Below, piece by piece: positions 26,425-40,152 of a stretch of DNA of 64,000 nt (its first letter is position 1; every line of letters starts with the position of its first letter). The DNA is from Octopus sinensis (taxonomy: Eukaryota). Location: positions 4,739-68,738 of the forward strand of contig NW_021835981.1 of NCBI RefSeq assembly GCF_006345805.1, written 5' to 3'. Position numbers and translations under genes: made by a program. The notes below the pieces were generated by a model. That model had not been told where the DNA came from, ran no database searches, and saw only the letters and a list, made by a program, of their open reading frames with translations.

Positions 26425-26590
26425 TGAGTGAGAGAGAGAAGCGCATGCCATCGAAGTGACACTGGGGTACAAATATACCCATATAGCTCAATACCCATCT
26501 GACGAGAGTACACCAGGCACATGGATCCCAAACATATGTACGCGACATGGTGATCTCATATCAAAATAAATAGCGCAATACCTCGCAGAA
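26425..26590 (-). mobile_element. 5'-truncated copy of the (TAA)n-associated non-coding element
   Basis: Homologous to the 3' end of 39433-39893 and to 57579-57737. Confidence 0.8.
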
Positions 26591-26760
26591 TTTGTGCAAA
26601 ATGTATAAATAGATGATAAATAGATGATGACCGGCACAGTATCGATAACCTGTTGTTAACCGTAGATTTATTGCAGGAACTTCTTACTTCTTAGGAACAG
26701 TATTAACAAAATAGGAGAGGAGAGGTGTAATATATATATGCATGTATACTAAATATTCTA

Positions 26761-27021
26761 TAATTATATACATAATTATAATAAGGGGGCAGTTAAATAC
26801 CTCGCCACATACTGAATTAGAAGTAGTAGCTGATGTCTTTTCTACTACCATAAAATCTCCGAGACAATAACACACTTTCGATGTAAGTATTTTGCTTTTG
26901 CCTCATCGAAAGTGTGTTATCGTCTCGGAGCGTTTATGATAGTAGAAAAGTCATTAGCGTCTATTTCTAAGTACGTGGCGAAGCATTTAGCTGATCCCTT
27001 ATTATAATTATATATATAATT
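26761..27021. repeat. Long imperfect palindrome (MITE-like or foldback)
   Basis: ~125-bp arms, e.g. ctccgagacaataacacactttcgatg / catcgaaagtgtgttatcgtctcggag. Confidence 0.85.
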
Positions 27022-27116
27022 ACAAGATATTTTGTATAATTTACTGAAAATGTTTTTTACGTACTGACTACTTGATAAAATTATTTATAATTTTACCCTA
27101 TATTATTATATGTATG

Positions 27117-27155
<39 letters not shown>

Positions 27156-27388
27156 AAAAAGGAACAAAGATGTGGACCGAAACGACGAATCGGAACGAAC
27201 CTGATGCGGGGCGCTGTCAGACATAGGTGATAATAAAATATATGCATACATACAAACATATATGTACGTACCTACATCTACATGTATATATACATGCATA
27301 TATAAATAATTATACGTGAGTACAGGACATCACATAAGACGTAGAAACGGAAAAAACAAAAAACAAAAAACAAGAAAACGATATATAT

Positions 27389-27577
27389 ACATTACTTTAT
27401 ATAATTAGGGTCCAGCAAAAAAATTGCTTTACCACACACCGAACTTTTAGAAATAGCAGCCAAAGAATTTAGCTATTTCCACTACTATAAAAAGTCTCCC
27501 ATTGGCTGCTATTTTTAAAAGTTCGGTGAATGGTAAAGCAAATTTTTTTGCTGAACCCTAATTATATAAAGTAATGT
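27389..27577. repeat. Inverted repeat (MITE-like)
   Basis: ~75-bp arms acattactttatataattagggtccagcaaaaaaattgctttacca... / ...tggtaaagcaaatttttttgctgaaccctaattatataaagtaatgt. Confidence 0.88.
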
Positions 27578-27852
27578 TTATATTTACCGTAAATGGTCCT
27601 TTTACATACTGAACACTGCTTGGTAAAATTATTAATTACTAATTAATTAATTAACTTTACCCTTATTATTTGACTATATATATATAATCATATACATATA
27701 TATATATTTGTGTGTGTGGTGGGTTGGGCTGCGTGTTTTTGTGTATTTGCTTATATGTACGGTTGCGCATCTGTCTATAAATTCATACATAGGTATCTAT
27801 GCATTGCATGTATGCAAAAGTTACACGTATCATTACATAGATTGATACTTAC

Positions 27853-27929
27853 TTGTTTTCATTGGATGGATCATAACGTGGTCTTGGGTCCTCGTCGTTA
27901 TCGTTCAAATCAACACTGGCTTTAGGGTC
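27853..27929 (-). CDS. PCSK1-like: Convertase exon: DPKASVDLNDNDEDPRPRYDPSNEN(K)
   Basis: 77-nt exon. Acceptor ctgtag, donor gtaagt. Resembles PC1/3 [26 protein letters not shown] and is phase-compatible with both neighbours. Confidence 0.96.
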
Positions 27930-28692
27930 CTACAGTAATCAGAGACAGCATATCATAAGTAATAAACAACTGGTAACAAGGCTAACCACTAGTTCATTTG
28001 ATCAATCAACGGTATGATATTCACTCGTATCATATATAAGGATATCATAATTAAGGGAGGTAATTCATAAACATATGCGGTATGTTAGAAATATTTTCGA
28101 AAATTCAACAAGTCAAGTATTCTAAGTTCTATGGAAGAACCTTATTCCTAGCCGATTAGATTATTCATCCTAGCTATGACATTCTTCTAAATTGGAGCTC
28201 ATTTGTGGATCTCATGTAAACGAAAAGCTCTATACGAAGAGAAGTGTTTCTATATAGCAACAGATGACCCTACAAAAGTTGAAATTTTTAACACTGAACT
28301 TCCAAGGTCGAAAAGTTGATATACAGGCAATAATATACATTTGGGCATCTTCGAAGAACTGTGAGTCTGGATTTGTCACCGCGCTTACCAACGATCCGTG
28401 TAACAGCCCACAGAATTGAATTTTTAATTCACTTTAATTTATTTAAATTAGACGTGTTCTTCACGGTTTATTTTCACCTTAAATAACCATAAAGGTGATG
28501 ATTATTTTACTCCCCACCAGGAGAAAACAATTATTTTATTCGTTTACTTTTAAGAGTTTTATGTAATGATGCAACATTGAAACTATTTCTGCAGTTCTCA
28601 ACACTTACACATATATACATATATACACACATACATATACATACATATATACTATATACATATATATCATATATATATATAATATATATATC

Positions 28693-28730
<38 letters not shown>

Positions 28731-29032
28731 ATATATATAAATATACACACACAACATATATTATGTATGTATGTAATGAATGTATGTATATATGTATGTA
28801 TGAAACGCGGAGTGGATGAAACAGGGACAACTATGGAAGGGGAATGTTCCGTGTATCGTATTTCTCGTTTCTTTGTTTTTTCCGTTGTTTAAAAATAGTT
28901 CTTTTCTATGTTTTTATTTTTATGTCCTGTACCCATATACGCATGTATACATACATATATATGCAGGTATGCCATATATGTATGTATATATCCATATATT
29001 TGTTTATTATTTATATTATATTTATACATATT

Positions 29033-29079
<47 letters not shown>

Positions 29080-29191
29080 ATAGATATATATAGATATATA
29101 TATATATATATATATATAACTACACCACATGCGCAGAAATACACACATATATAGTATATACTTATTTATACACGTATATTTATATGTAAAG

Positions 29192-29480
29192 ATGTGTGGG
29201 CTAGTGAGAGAGCATTGCACTCATGATAGCAATATTGTGGTTTCGAATCCCAGACCGGCGGTACTTCGTGATATTGACCAAGATACTTCATTTCACTTCA
29301 TCCAGCTATAATTCATATCCCTGAAACGGTCTGCCATTCCATTCAGAGGGAATATTAACCTCCTTGGCCAACTAGCAGGGGGTCATCATTCAAATGCAGC
29401 AACAATGTGTGGAAGCACATTGTGACTAGCAATGCATAACAACATCTGATACTCTGGACGATACTGTGATGTAGTGATAT
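29192..29480 (+). mobile_element. Degenerate tRNA-derived SINE
   Basis: B box ggtttcgaatcccagaccgg, nearly identical to the 38401-38789 head. Tail shared with 5450-5553. Confidence 0.7.
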
Positions 29481-29574
29481 TTATAAGTATGAATATTTAA
29501 TCTATGTTATTCAGTGGTGGTTGTATAATTAAACTTTGTAATAATTTTAGAGAAAAGTTTCAAATATCTAAAAT

Positions 29575-29757
29575 TTTACAGTTCTATATTTAAGAGATGA
29601 GGAATTATGTACATTATTTACATTCGACGGATATTTGTCCTCATCTTGTTTGTTGTTATCACAATTTTTCGGCTGATATACCCTCCAGCCTTCATCAGGT
29701 GTCTTGGGGGAAATTTCGAACCTGGTTTCTCATTCCTAAGGTATTTTTCAATGTTGT
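29575..29757 (-). mobile_element. Family A pLTR-like repeat with a minimal hammerhead (stem III mutated)
   Basis: Near-identical to 38928-39112. Reverse complement: GACAC-CUGAUGA-A-GGCUG...CAGCC-GAAA-AA-UU-GUGAU. Confidence 0.75.
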
Positions 29758-29977
29758 TGTTATTATTATTATTATTACAATTATTATTATTGTTGTTGTT
29801 GTTGTTGTGTTGTTAGTAGCCCGCACTCTTAACCACTACGCCATATGCCATATTCTAGTACATATATGTCAGCGTATAAGTATATGGTACCTATTTCGTG
29901 AAACGTGCACATGGCATACGTGTTAGTGCGTTGTTAAGTAATTAGCGTACATTTATGCATGCATGTATGTATGTATG

Positions 29978-30083
<106 letters not shown>

Positions 30084-30439
30084 TACATATAGATACATAC
30101 ATATATGCATATTATGTATATATATGTATGCATAGAAAAGACACCCTGTTCGTACTAGTTATATATATATGCATACATATAGATACATAGGAAATACACA
30201 CATCTATACACAGATATATGCATATAAATATGAGAAAGAAAGAGAACGAACGAGAAAAGCAACAGATACATACATACGTATGTACATATATTACACGTGT
30301 ATATGTGTATGTATATACATATATTTGTATGTATATATATGTGTGTGTGTGTGTATCCATCTATCTATATATTTATCTATCTACCTATCTATTCATTTCT
30401 CTCTCCCTCTCTCACAATTTATATACATATATATATGTA

Positions 30440-30514
<75 letters not shown>

Positions 30515-30592
30515 ATATACCGGAGTAAACACATAAATGTGAAACAAGGTGGAAAAAAAGAGTACTCAAATACCAGTGGTAGAGTAATATGC

Positions 30593-30712
30593 TTTATTTA
30601 AAGCAGCAGAAAATTCTACAAAACCTGTTACTCTGAGTTTCACGTTGCCGATGAACGACAACGTGAAACTCAGAGTAACAGGTTTTGTAAATTTTCTGCT
30701 GCTTTAAATAAA
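30593..30712. repeat. Near-perfect 120-bp palindrome containing a partial hammerhead
   Basis: tttatttaaagcagcagaaaatt...ctctgagtttcacgttg / caacgtgaaactcagag...aattttctgctgctttaaataaa. Confidence 0.9.
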
Positions 30713-30743
30713 ATATCTATCTATCTATCTATCTATATATATA

Positions 30744-30786
<43 letters not shown>

Positions 30787-31639
30787 AGAGGAACGAAAAA
30801 GTGTGAGATAGCAGATAGATAGAAGAACACACCGTTAAAGAAATAGATAGATAGACAGAGAGAGACAGACATGCAGACAGAAAGACAGACATATGCTGGA
30901 GGAAGTTAGACGTGCTGAGATAGACCATTATATCCACATTAACTACATGAAAACAAAACGATTGTGTTAATGTTTTCGACAATATTCTTGTAACACTATT
31001 TTCTATCAGTCTTATTGAATATTCTGTTTGATTTTAATTTAAACATTCGTGTGAGTATTTGTGTGTGCATGAGGGGGCACACGAGGGGGTATGTGTAAGC
31101 GAATATATAGGCAGATATATATATGTAAATATTCTACATATATATACATATATACATACATATGTATATATATATATATATATGGAAGTACACGCACACA
31201 AACAAACATATTTTAGTATATATATATATATATTTATTCTTAAATATACGTATATACATATATACGCACATTATCATTTATATGCATATATAACTGGTTA
31301 TATTTAACCTGCATGGACTTACACAACAATATGCCTATATATGCATGTATGTATATGTATGTATATATATATATATATATATACATAATATATATATATA
31401 TATATATATACATACACATATATAATATATATACATATATATATATACATATTATATATATGTGTGTGTGTGTGTATCTATAAGTTTATATATGTGAATT
31501 TATTTTTATGCATTTAAGCATTTATATTCATATATAATGCATATATGCTCATACACATATTTATATATAGATACACATGTATACATGCATATAAATATAT
31601 ACATATATATATATATATATAATATATAATATATATATC

Positions 31640-31704
<65 letters not shown>

Positions 31705-32280
31705 CAATTAAAAGTGATTAATATTTTCCAATTCCATTTTAATTTCCACTCTCAGTAGTGAAACAATTATTTATTATTCCCCAAAACAAAAAATAAATAA
31801 TTAAATAAATGAATAAATAAAATAAAATATATTATAAGTGATATAAGCAATAAAAATATAATATAACATTATATGAAATAAAATTGAAATTATGAAAGAA
31901 ATCCTTTAAAAAATTGCAAATATTTTAAAACAAACTCTACATTATTTCCTTTCTTACATGTTAATGTGTATTTTAAATGTCATGGAACCCACACTCAACC
32001 GTTCCTCACACACACACATACACACACACATTCACACACAGACGCACATATACGCACACAAATTCGGTAATATAGTGACTTGCATTCGAGCAGACACATA
32101 CATACATACATACATACATACATACAGACAGACAGACATAGACACACATACATATATATATATAGATACATACATATATACATATGTACCTACATACATA
32201 CATACATACATACATACATACATACATACACACTCATACAAACACTAAAACATGTAGAAGGTCACACATCCCCCCGCAAG

Positions 32281-32354
<74 letters not shown>

Positions 32355-32526
32355 TGTATGTATGTATAACTCTATTTGCATTGGGTACAATGAGGTATTT
32401 TCTGTGTATTAGCTTGTACGTGCAAGAGCGTATATATATATATATGTACGTAAACCGACGTATATATGTGTTTGCATGTGTCTCTGTGTATGTTTATGTG
32501 TTTCTGAGTGTACGCATGTGTGTGTG

Positions 32527-32560
<34 letters not shown>

Positions 32561-33081
32561 TAAGCTCCTGCACGTACCTACAAATGCACAGGAAATATTA
32601 ATTTGCTCAAAAACTACAATTTTTTTTACTCAGATGACACCCACTAACACTGCCACCCACATTTAATAAAATTAAAATACAATAAATCAATCCTAAGAAA
32701 CTCGAAATGTCACCCCATAGTTAACACCCATTCACCCCACGTATTCCAATCCTTATGAATATTCTCAAGGGCCAACAAGAGTGATTCTATGTGCTCCTTC
32801 TTTCTAAACTTCACATCTCTCTGTCTCTTTCTCCCTTTAGATGAAGGAACCGGCTGCTATAACACATCATTTGAGATATGTAGAAAGTGAAACTAGATGG
32901 CATGTTTTCGGTGACCTATATGCATATTACTGCATTATCACCATTCAATAAATGCATTATTGCATACATACATACTATTCTTCTACTTCTTCATTTTCTT
33001 CTCCTTCTTCTTCTTCTTCTTCTTCTTCTTCTTCTTCTTCCTTCTCTTCTTTATTATTATTATTATTATATTATTATTATT

Positions 33082-33122
<41 letters not shown>

Positions 33123-33556
33123 CATTATCATAATCATCATTATTATTGTTGTTGTTGTTTTTGCTGCTGCTGCTGTTGTTGATGTTGCTGATGTTGGTGG
33201 TGTTTGTTCTATTACTATTATTGTTGTTGTTGTTGCTGTTTGTGTTATCATTATCATTATTATTATTATTATTGTTATTATTTTTATCATCATCATCATC
33301 GTCATTATCATCATTATTATTATCGTTCCTCTTCCCTCTCTCTTTCACTCCTCTATTTTCATCGCTGCCTTTCTCCCCCCTCTCTCTCTCTCTTTCTCTC
33401 TCCCCATTCTCTCTCTACAATCTCTCTATCTCTCTCTTTCTCTCCCTCGCTTCTCTCTCTTTCCTTCTCTCCATTCATTGGCAATTCTGCTATTTTAACT
33501 GTTTGAAATATTTACTGGATGTCGTCTTCTCTTCTATTTTTGTGTGAGTATGTGTA

Positions 33557-33595
<39 letters not shown>

Positions 33596-35334
33596 ATCCA
33601 TGTATTTGTGTATATGTGTGTGTTTCTATATGTGTGTCTGCTTTTGTGTTTCTATGCGTATATGAATTGTGTACTTTCGGTCTTTCATGTGATTGTGGAA
33701 ATCTGCGTGTGGGTTATTTTGAGGCCATGTTTGTCTTCCTCTGTGTGTTTCTGTGTGTAATTACGTAACCGTTTGTGTGTGTAATAATGCTGGAGCGTTT
33801 ACGAGTTTATACAAGTATGTGTGCATTTGTGTGTGTATGTATGTGTACATGCGTGTAGGTGCTTCTGAGTGTGTTTGCGTCTGTGTATGCGTGTGCCAGT
33901 TGGATGGTTGTGTGGTTCACCGACGTTGGACGTTTGCTGTTTCACTCAGCATTATTAATTGTAGAATTGAAATAGTGTTAATTAAACTAGTGGGTTGTAA
34001 TGAGGAACGAAATAACAACCCCAACGCACACAAACGCACACAGATATATATACACATATAAACATACATAAATTTATACGTGCGCTTGCGTGTGCGTGAA
34101 TGTTGATGTGTGCGTGTGCATATGTGTGTATGTATGTATATCTGTGTGTGTGTGTGTTATGCATCCCTGCGTTGGTAATGCATAGAATTAAATATTTTCT
34201 CTTTTGTTTCTTAGTAATGTAAATAGGGATTATATTACGGAGTTAGGGTATCGAAGCCATGCATCTCTTTTTACAATACGCTTGAATAGGCACTTATAAA
34301 TATATATGTGTATATACGTATATACATATATACATCCGTTCATACATACATGCATACATACGCATACATGTGTACATACATACATAAACACACACACACA
34401 TACACACACACACACATATATACTTTTATTAAAGGTGAAGTCTTCACAAAGTGTTGCTCGGAGTTCACGCTACCGTTCGTCGGACAGTTTGATCGTGTAT
34501 GTATACTTGTCTGTGTTTATGTATGTATATATCAATATAAAGTTAAATAGTAAGAAATACGGATATATATATATATAGATAGACATATATATAGATAGAT
34601 AGATTGATTGATTGAATGATTGATTGAATGATTGATTAATTGATTGATTGATTGATTGATAGATACATCCCTTGTATACGTTATCGTACAATAAGCATAA
34701 AAACGCTTGATTCAACGCAACAATAGAGAACTGAATAATTTTTATCATAAATGCGAGATAACCAATGAAGGTCCATTTTGTTCAGTCGGTGAGTCATTCA
34801 AATCATTGCTTTCAAAGGGATTATGATGACTCGCATAATTTGTGGAAAGGATTCGTTGATATCTGTTATACATAAAATAATTTTGTTTTCAATTCTGAAA
34901 GATGAATTTGTGCATGTGACGGCAATTTGAAGTTAGTTCCCTCTGTATTTCTTTCGTTTTTCTTTGTTTGTTATTTTTTTTCCTAATACAGTTCCAATTT
35001 AAGACTGAAATTGTGAGGATATAATTAGTTATATATCATCGAATAATATCCATGGGAATTTGGATATCTCTACTGCATCACTTGATTTTTCTAATGGGAT
35101 TTGAACGTGCTCCTATGTCTAATGAAGCAAGCGACTCTTAAAGGAAGTATTATTTAACATGATAGTGTGATGTTTATTTTCATCCACAGTATACCAGCTG
35201 TAAGATATCTGTGAATATATGATACAGTGTGTCATTCTTGTTTTTAAGATGGCAGCGTATAATATGAGGTCCAGACACACACATACACATTCACACACAC
35301 ACATGCACACACACAACACAAACACACACACACA

Positions 35335-35419
<85 letters not shown>

Positions 35420-35444
35420 TATACTTAGGTATTTTGTAGTTGTT

Positions 35445-35660
35445 TTCAGTCACTGGACTACGTCCATGCTGGAGTATTGCCCTCAAGGGTTTAGTCGAAC
35501 AAATGGATACCAGTTCTTCCTTTGTAGCCTTGGACTAATTGTACTGCTATCTTTTGCCGAACCGTTAAGTTACTTGGACGTAAACAAACCATCGCCGTCA
35601 AGCGGTGGTTCAGAGGAGCATATAGACAATGACACTCGTAACCAATTGATTGAGAAGAAG
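35445..35660 (-). mobile_element. 3' part of a GGCGCAGGAG-family SINE
   Basis: ttttcagtcactggactacgtccatgctggagtattgcc...ttttgccgaaccgttaagttac. Confidence 0.7.
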
Positions 35661-35798
35661 ACACAGCAACGCCATGTTTGAGTTTATCTGTATGAAAGTA
35701 CATTACGGTGTGTGCGTGCATGTGTGTGTGTGTGTGTGTGTGTATGCAAAGCTCTCTCTAAATGCTTTTGTTGCATGAATATACCAAATAATACTTAC

Positions 35799-35836
35799 AT
35801 AATTTTTCCTTAGATCATCATGCATCCATTCTATCC
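35799..35836 (-). CDS. PCSK1-like: Convertase 38-nt micro-exon: (G)IEWMHDDLRKNY
   Basis: Acceptor tttcttcacag, donor gtaagt. The phase-1 start completes the Gly of DDG. Resembles PC1/3 GLEWNHTDIYANY. Confidence 0.92.
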
Positions 35837-35884
35837 CTGTGAAGAAATAAATGAGAGCAACATTTAATAATTGATCTGTGCGTG

Positions 35885-35899
35885 AATAATAATAATAAC

Positions 35900-35955
<56 letters not shown>

Positions 35956-35978
35956 TGATGATGATGATGATGATGATG

Positions 35979-36032
<54 letters not shown>

Positions 36033-36052
36033 TGATGATGATGATGATGATG

Positions 36053-36094
<42 letters not shown>

Positions 36095-36110
36095 TGATGA
36101 TGATGATATG

Positions 36111-36164
<54 letters not shown>

Positions 36165-36177
36165 TGATAATAATAAC

Positions 36178-36231
<54 letters not shown>

Positions 36232-36247
36232 GATGATGATGATGATG

Positions 36248-36294
<47 letters not shown>

Positions 36295-36339
36295 TGAATG
36301 ATGATGATGATGATAATAATAAATAATAATATAATAATA

Positions 36340-36384
<45 letters not shown>

Positions 36385-36547
36385 TGATGATGATGATGAG
36401 ATGATGATATAATAATATAATATAATAATAATAATAATAATAATATAATAATAATGATGATAATAATAACAATATAATAATAATATAATAATAATATAAT
36501 AATAATAATAATTAATAATAATAATAATGATGATGATGATGATGATG

Positions 36548-36595
<48 letters not shown>

Positions 36596-36646
36596 TGATG
36601 ATGATGATGATGATAATAATAATAATAATAATAATAATAATATAAT

Positions 36647-36679
<33 letters not shown>

Positions 36680-36704
36680 AATGATGATGATGATGATGAT
36701 GATG

Positions 36705-36740
<36 letters not shown>

Positions 36741-36770
36741 CAACAACAACAACGACAACAATAATAATAT
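35885..36770. repeat. ~880-bp compound (AAT)n/(GAT)n microsatellite just upstream of the micro-exon acceptor
   Basis: Direct inspection. Confidence 0.95.
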
Positions 36771-37553
36771 AAGACTGAGGTAATTCCTCCAGAAGTTATA
36801 CAGAAATAAAAAAACAGAAGAGTGCCATAGTTATTAAGTGAAATTGGTTGAACGATATTTCGTCTTCTAGCGTGCCTTCCACAGGTTCACAAATCACATG
36901 TCAGTCTACTTTATTTTTTATTTATTTATTTTTTTTGTTAAGTTTATATTGGACTGGGGTAACTCCTCCAGAAGTTACAACAGAACAAACTGAGTTTTCT
37001 TCTTTTTCTTCTTCTTCAGATGATGATGATGATGATGATGATGAAGCAGAGGAGAATGAGCGATACCAGCATTGATGACAATATACCTGAAAATTTATTG
37101 AACTATTTCCATTAAGATTCATGTTTCGTTTCCGACGCACAGAATTTTCTAATTCTTAATGAAAGAAACAGCGATCCTGTAACGAAGAGATTTAGATATC
37201 TATGGAAAGATATAAATTGAAATATCCAGCATGTTTGTAGCTCACATCGTTGCATTAGATTCAACCAGGACAAAAACAAAAGCCAAAATGACATAAAGAT
37301 ATACTGATAGTTTAACGATGGTATCAGATTTTTCAATTTTCTCTCATCAGAATGTCAAAAGTTCTAGCTTTAGAAGAAGATGAAACAGGAAGACAGGTGC
37401 TTAGTAAATATTTTTAGAAAATTCGAAAAAGCGAATTGACCAATAATTGATATGACCTCAACGATAATGTCGCTTGACAAATATCAATCAGTGACTAGAT
37501 AAAAGCATACGGAGAGACACTCAGTCACATAGACAAATGCACACATACACACG

Positions 37554-37621
<68 letters not shown>

Positions 37622-37870
37622 CAAACGCACAAACATCAAAGAAAGATAGCGAAGACCACATCTGTTAAAAAATTCATTTGAATCTCGATATAAAGTAAAC
37701 GAAGCACATGCACACACACATACACACACACACATATATATATATATATACACATATATACATACATACATGCATACATACATTCATGCCTGTGTATGCG
37801 TATATATATATATGTGTGTGTGTGTATATATATACATATATATATATGTATATATATATCTATATCTATA

Positions 37871-37913
<43 letters not shown>

Positions 37914-38400
37914 GTGTATATATATATTATGTAAATACATATACATATATACATAAATATACACACACATACACACATGCACACATATATATGTATGCGT
38001 CTGTATAGTACGTATTTGTTCTTGTATACATACACTCACATTTATATATGTGTGTGTGAGAGAGAGAGAGAGAGAGTATGTTTATGTGTATTTGTGTGTA
38101 TGCATGTGTATAAATGAACGTATATACACGCTCACAAGCGCAGGATTTGCATAAATGTAGTTGTTTAAGTTAACTATTCCATAACCATCGAAACCGACCT
38201 AAACGCACTTAGCCTTTCTACATCAGACAGTAAATCTAATCCTCGGAAAATACTTTGCCTATCGGAATCATAATGAAGAGCCGTTAGTATATATAAAACG
38301 GACGTTCCGATAATGTAGTTACAATAACAAAAAAAATAATCTGCGATCACCACGCACGTGGACGGTTTTCAAATTTACTCCGTCAAAATGAAATTCAACT

Positions 38401-38789
38401 GGATGGAAGCACTCCGTCGGTTACGACGACGAGGGTTCCGGTTGATCCGAATCAACAGAACAGCCTGCTCGTGAAATTAACGTGTAAGTGGCTGAGCACT
38501 CCACAGACACGTGTACCCATAACGTAGTTCTCGGGGATATTCAGCGTGACACAGAGAGTGACAAGGCCGGTCCTTTGAAATACAGGTACAACAGAAACAG
38601 GAAGTAAGAGTGAGAGAAAGTTGTGGTGAAAGAGTACAGCAGGGATCACCACCATCCCCTGCCGGAGCCTCGTGGAGCTTTAGGTGTTTTCGCTCAATAA
38701 ACACTCACAACGCCCGGTCTGGGAATCGAAACCGCGATCCTATGACCCGCGAGTCCGCTGCCCTAACCACTGGGCCATTGCGCCTCCAC
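38401..38789 (-). mobile_element. Full-length young tRNA-derived SINE with a 12-bp TSD
   Basis: Head GTGGAGGCGCAATGGCCCAGTGGTTAGGGCAGCGG...GGTTTCGATTCCC (A and B boxes). TSD TGAAATTCAACT at 38389-38400 and 38790-38801. Confidence 0.95.
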
Positions 38790-38927
38790 TGAAATTCAAC
38801 TAAGTTGTACCACTCTACAGAGAAGCGTTAAGAAGGAATAAATTTAAAGGAGCATTAGAATTCTTTACGTGAATTTAAGAAACGGACCGAAAGCCTAACG
38901 GTAGAAGAAAAGAAAGAATTGTTCACT

Positions 38928-39112
38928 ATACAGTTCTATATTTAAACAATGATGAATTATGTACATTATTTACATTATTTACATTTGACAGATATTCGTC
39001 ATCTGGTCTGTTGATAACACAACGTTTCGGCTGATATACCCTCCAGCCTTCATCAGGTGTCTTGGGGAAATTTCGAACCTGCGTTCTCATGCCTAAGGTA
39101 TTTTTCGATGTT
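38928..39112 (-). mobile_element. Family A pLTR-like repeat with an intact minimal hammerhead (39016-39061)
   Basis: Reverse complement: GACAC-CUGAUGA-A-GGCUG gagggtatat CAGCC-GAAA-CG-UU-GUGUU. Confidence 0.8.
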
Positions 39113-39128
39113 GTTGTTGCTGTTATCA

Positions 39129-39222
<94 letters not shown>

Positions 39223-39232
39223 TGACCTGAAC

Positions 39233-39279
<47 letters not shown>

Positions 39280-39296
39280 CAATAATAATAATAATA

Positions 39297-39327
<31 letters not shown>

Positions 39328-39392
39328 TATAATAATAATAATAATAATGATGATGATGATGATGAATGATGATGATGATGATAATAATAATA

Positions 39393-39432
<40 letters not shown>

Positions 39433-39433
<1 letters not shown>

Positions 39434-39893
39434 GGGCTACATCAAATATTCTGCTCAATACCACATATTTGCTTGTCAGTTGTTTGACCTTTACCAGTTG
39501 AGCACATCCCTTAGTGGCTGATGATATGTGCATCTCTGATCACAAGCAGAAGTAGTGGGGGATCATCATAGCCGTGTCTTGAAAGGAAATCTTAGAGGTT
39601 TGGATAATTCACCTCTGGAAATATGGGTGGTTCTTTCAACATCCTTAAACAATTCTTATTCAGGGACCTTTTGAGCGGGATGGGCTACTCGACCAGAAGA
39701 AAATTTTAATTGGGCCCCACCTGCAAGTTCATGCGCTGTTTAATTTGATATGAGATCACCATGTGGCGCACATATGGTTGTGGTGGATGTGCCTGGTGTA
39801 CACTTATCAGACGGGTAGTCATGATGAGCATACTGAGCTTCGTATATTTTACCCCAGTGTCACTTTGATGGTATGCACTGCTTTCTCACTCAG
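39433..39893 (+). mobile_element. ~460-bp non-coding element embedded in (TAA)n (longest copy)
   Basis: Both flanks are (AAT)n. The 3' end ...cactttgatggtatgcactgctttctcactca(g)TAATAA is shared with two 5'-truncated copies. Confidence 0.8.
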
Positions 39894-39965
39894 TAATAAT
39901 AATAATAATAATAATAATTATAATAATAAAACTACTGAATAATAATAATAATAATAATAATAATG

Positions 39966-40017
<52 letters not shown>

Positions 40018-40035
40018 CAACAACAACAACAACAA

Positions 40036-40152
40036 CACCGAAAAATACATTAGGAATGAGAACCCAGGTTTGAAATCTCCCCAAGACACCCGAAACGTTG
40101 TGTTAACAACAAACAAGATGAGGAGAAATATCCTTCAAATGTAAATAATGCA
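40036..40152 (+). mobile_element. Family A repeat with the hammerhead core deleted
   Basis: ccaagacacc|cgaaacgttgtgtt: the CUGAUGA-stem II segment is missing relative to 39016-39061. Confidence 0.75.

Noticed and set aside
35703-36761. 352-aa ORF
   Set aside because: Microsatellite artefact; only the 38-nt exon inside it is coding.
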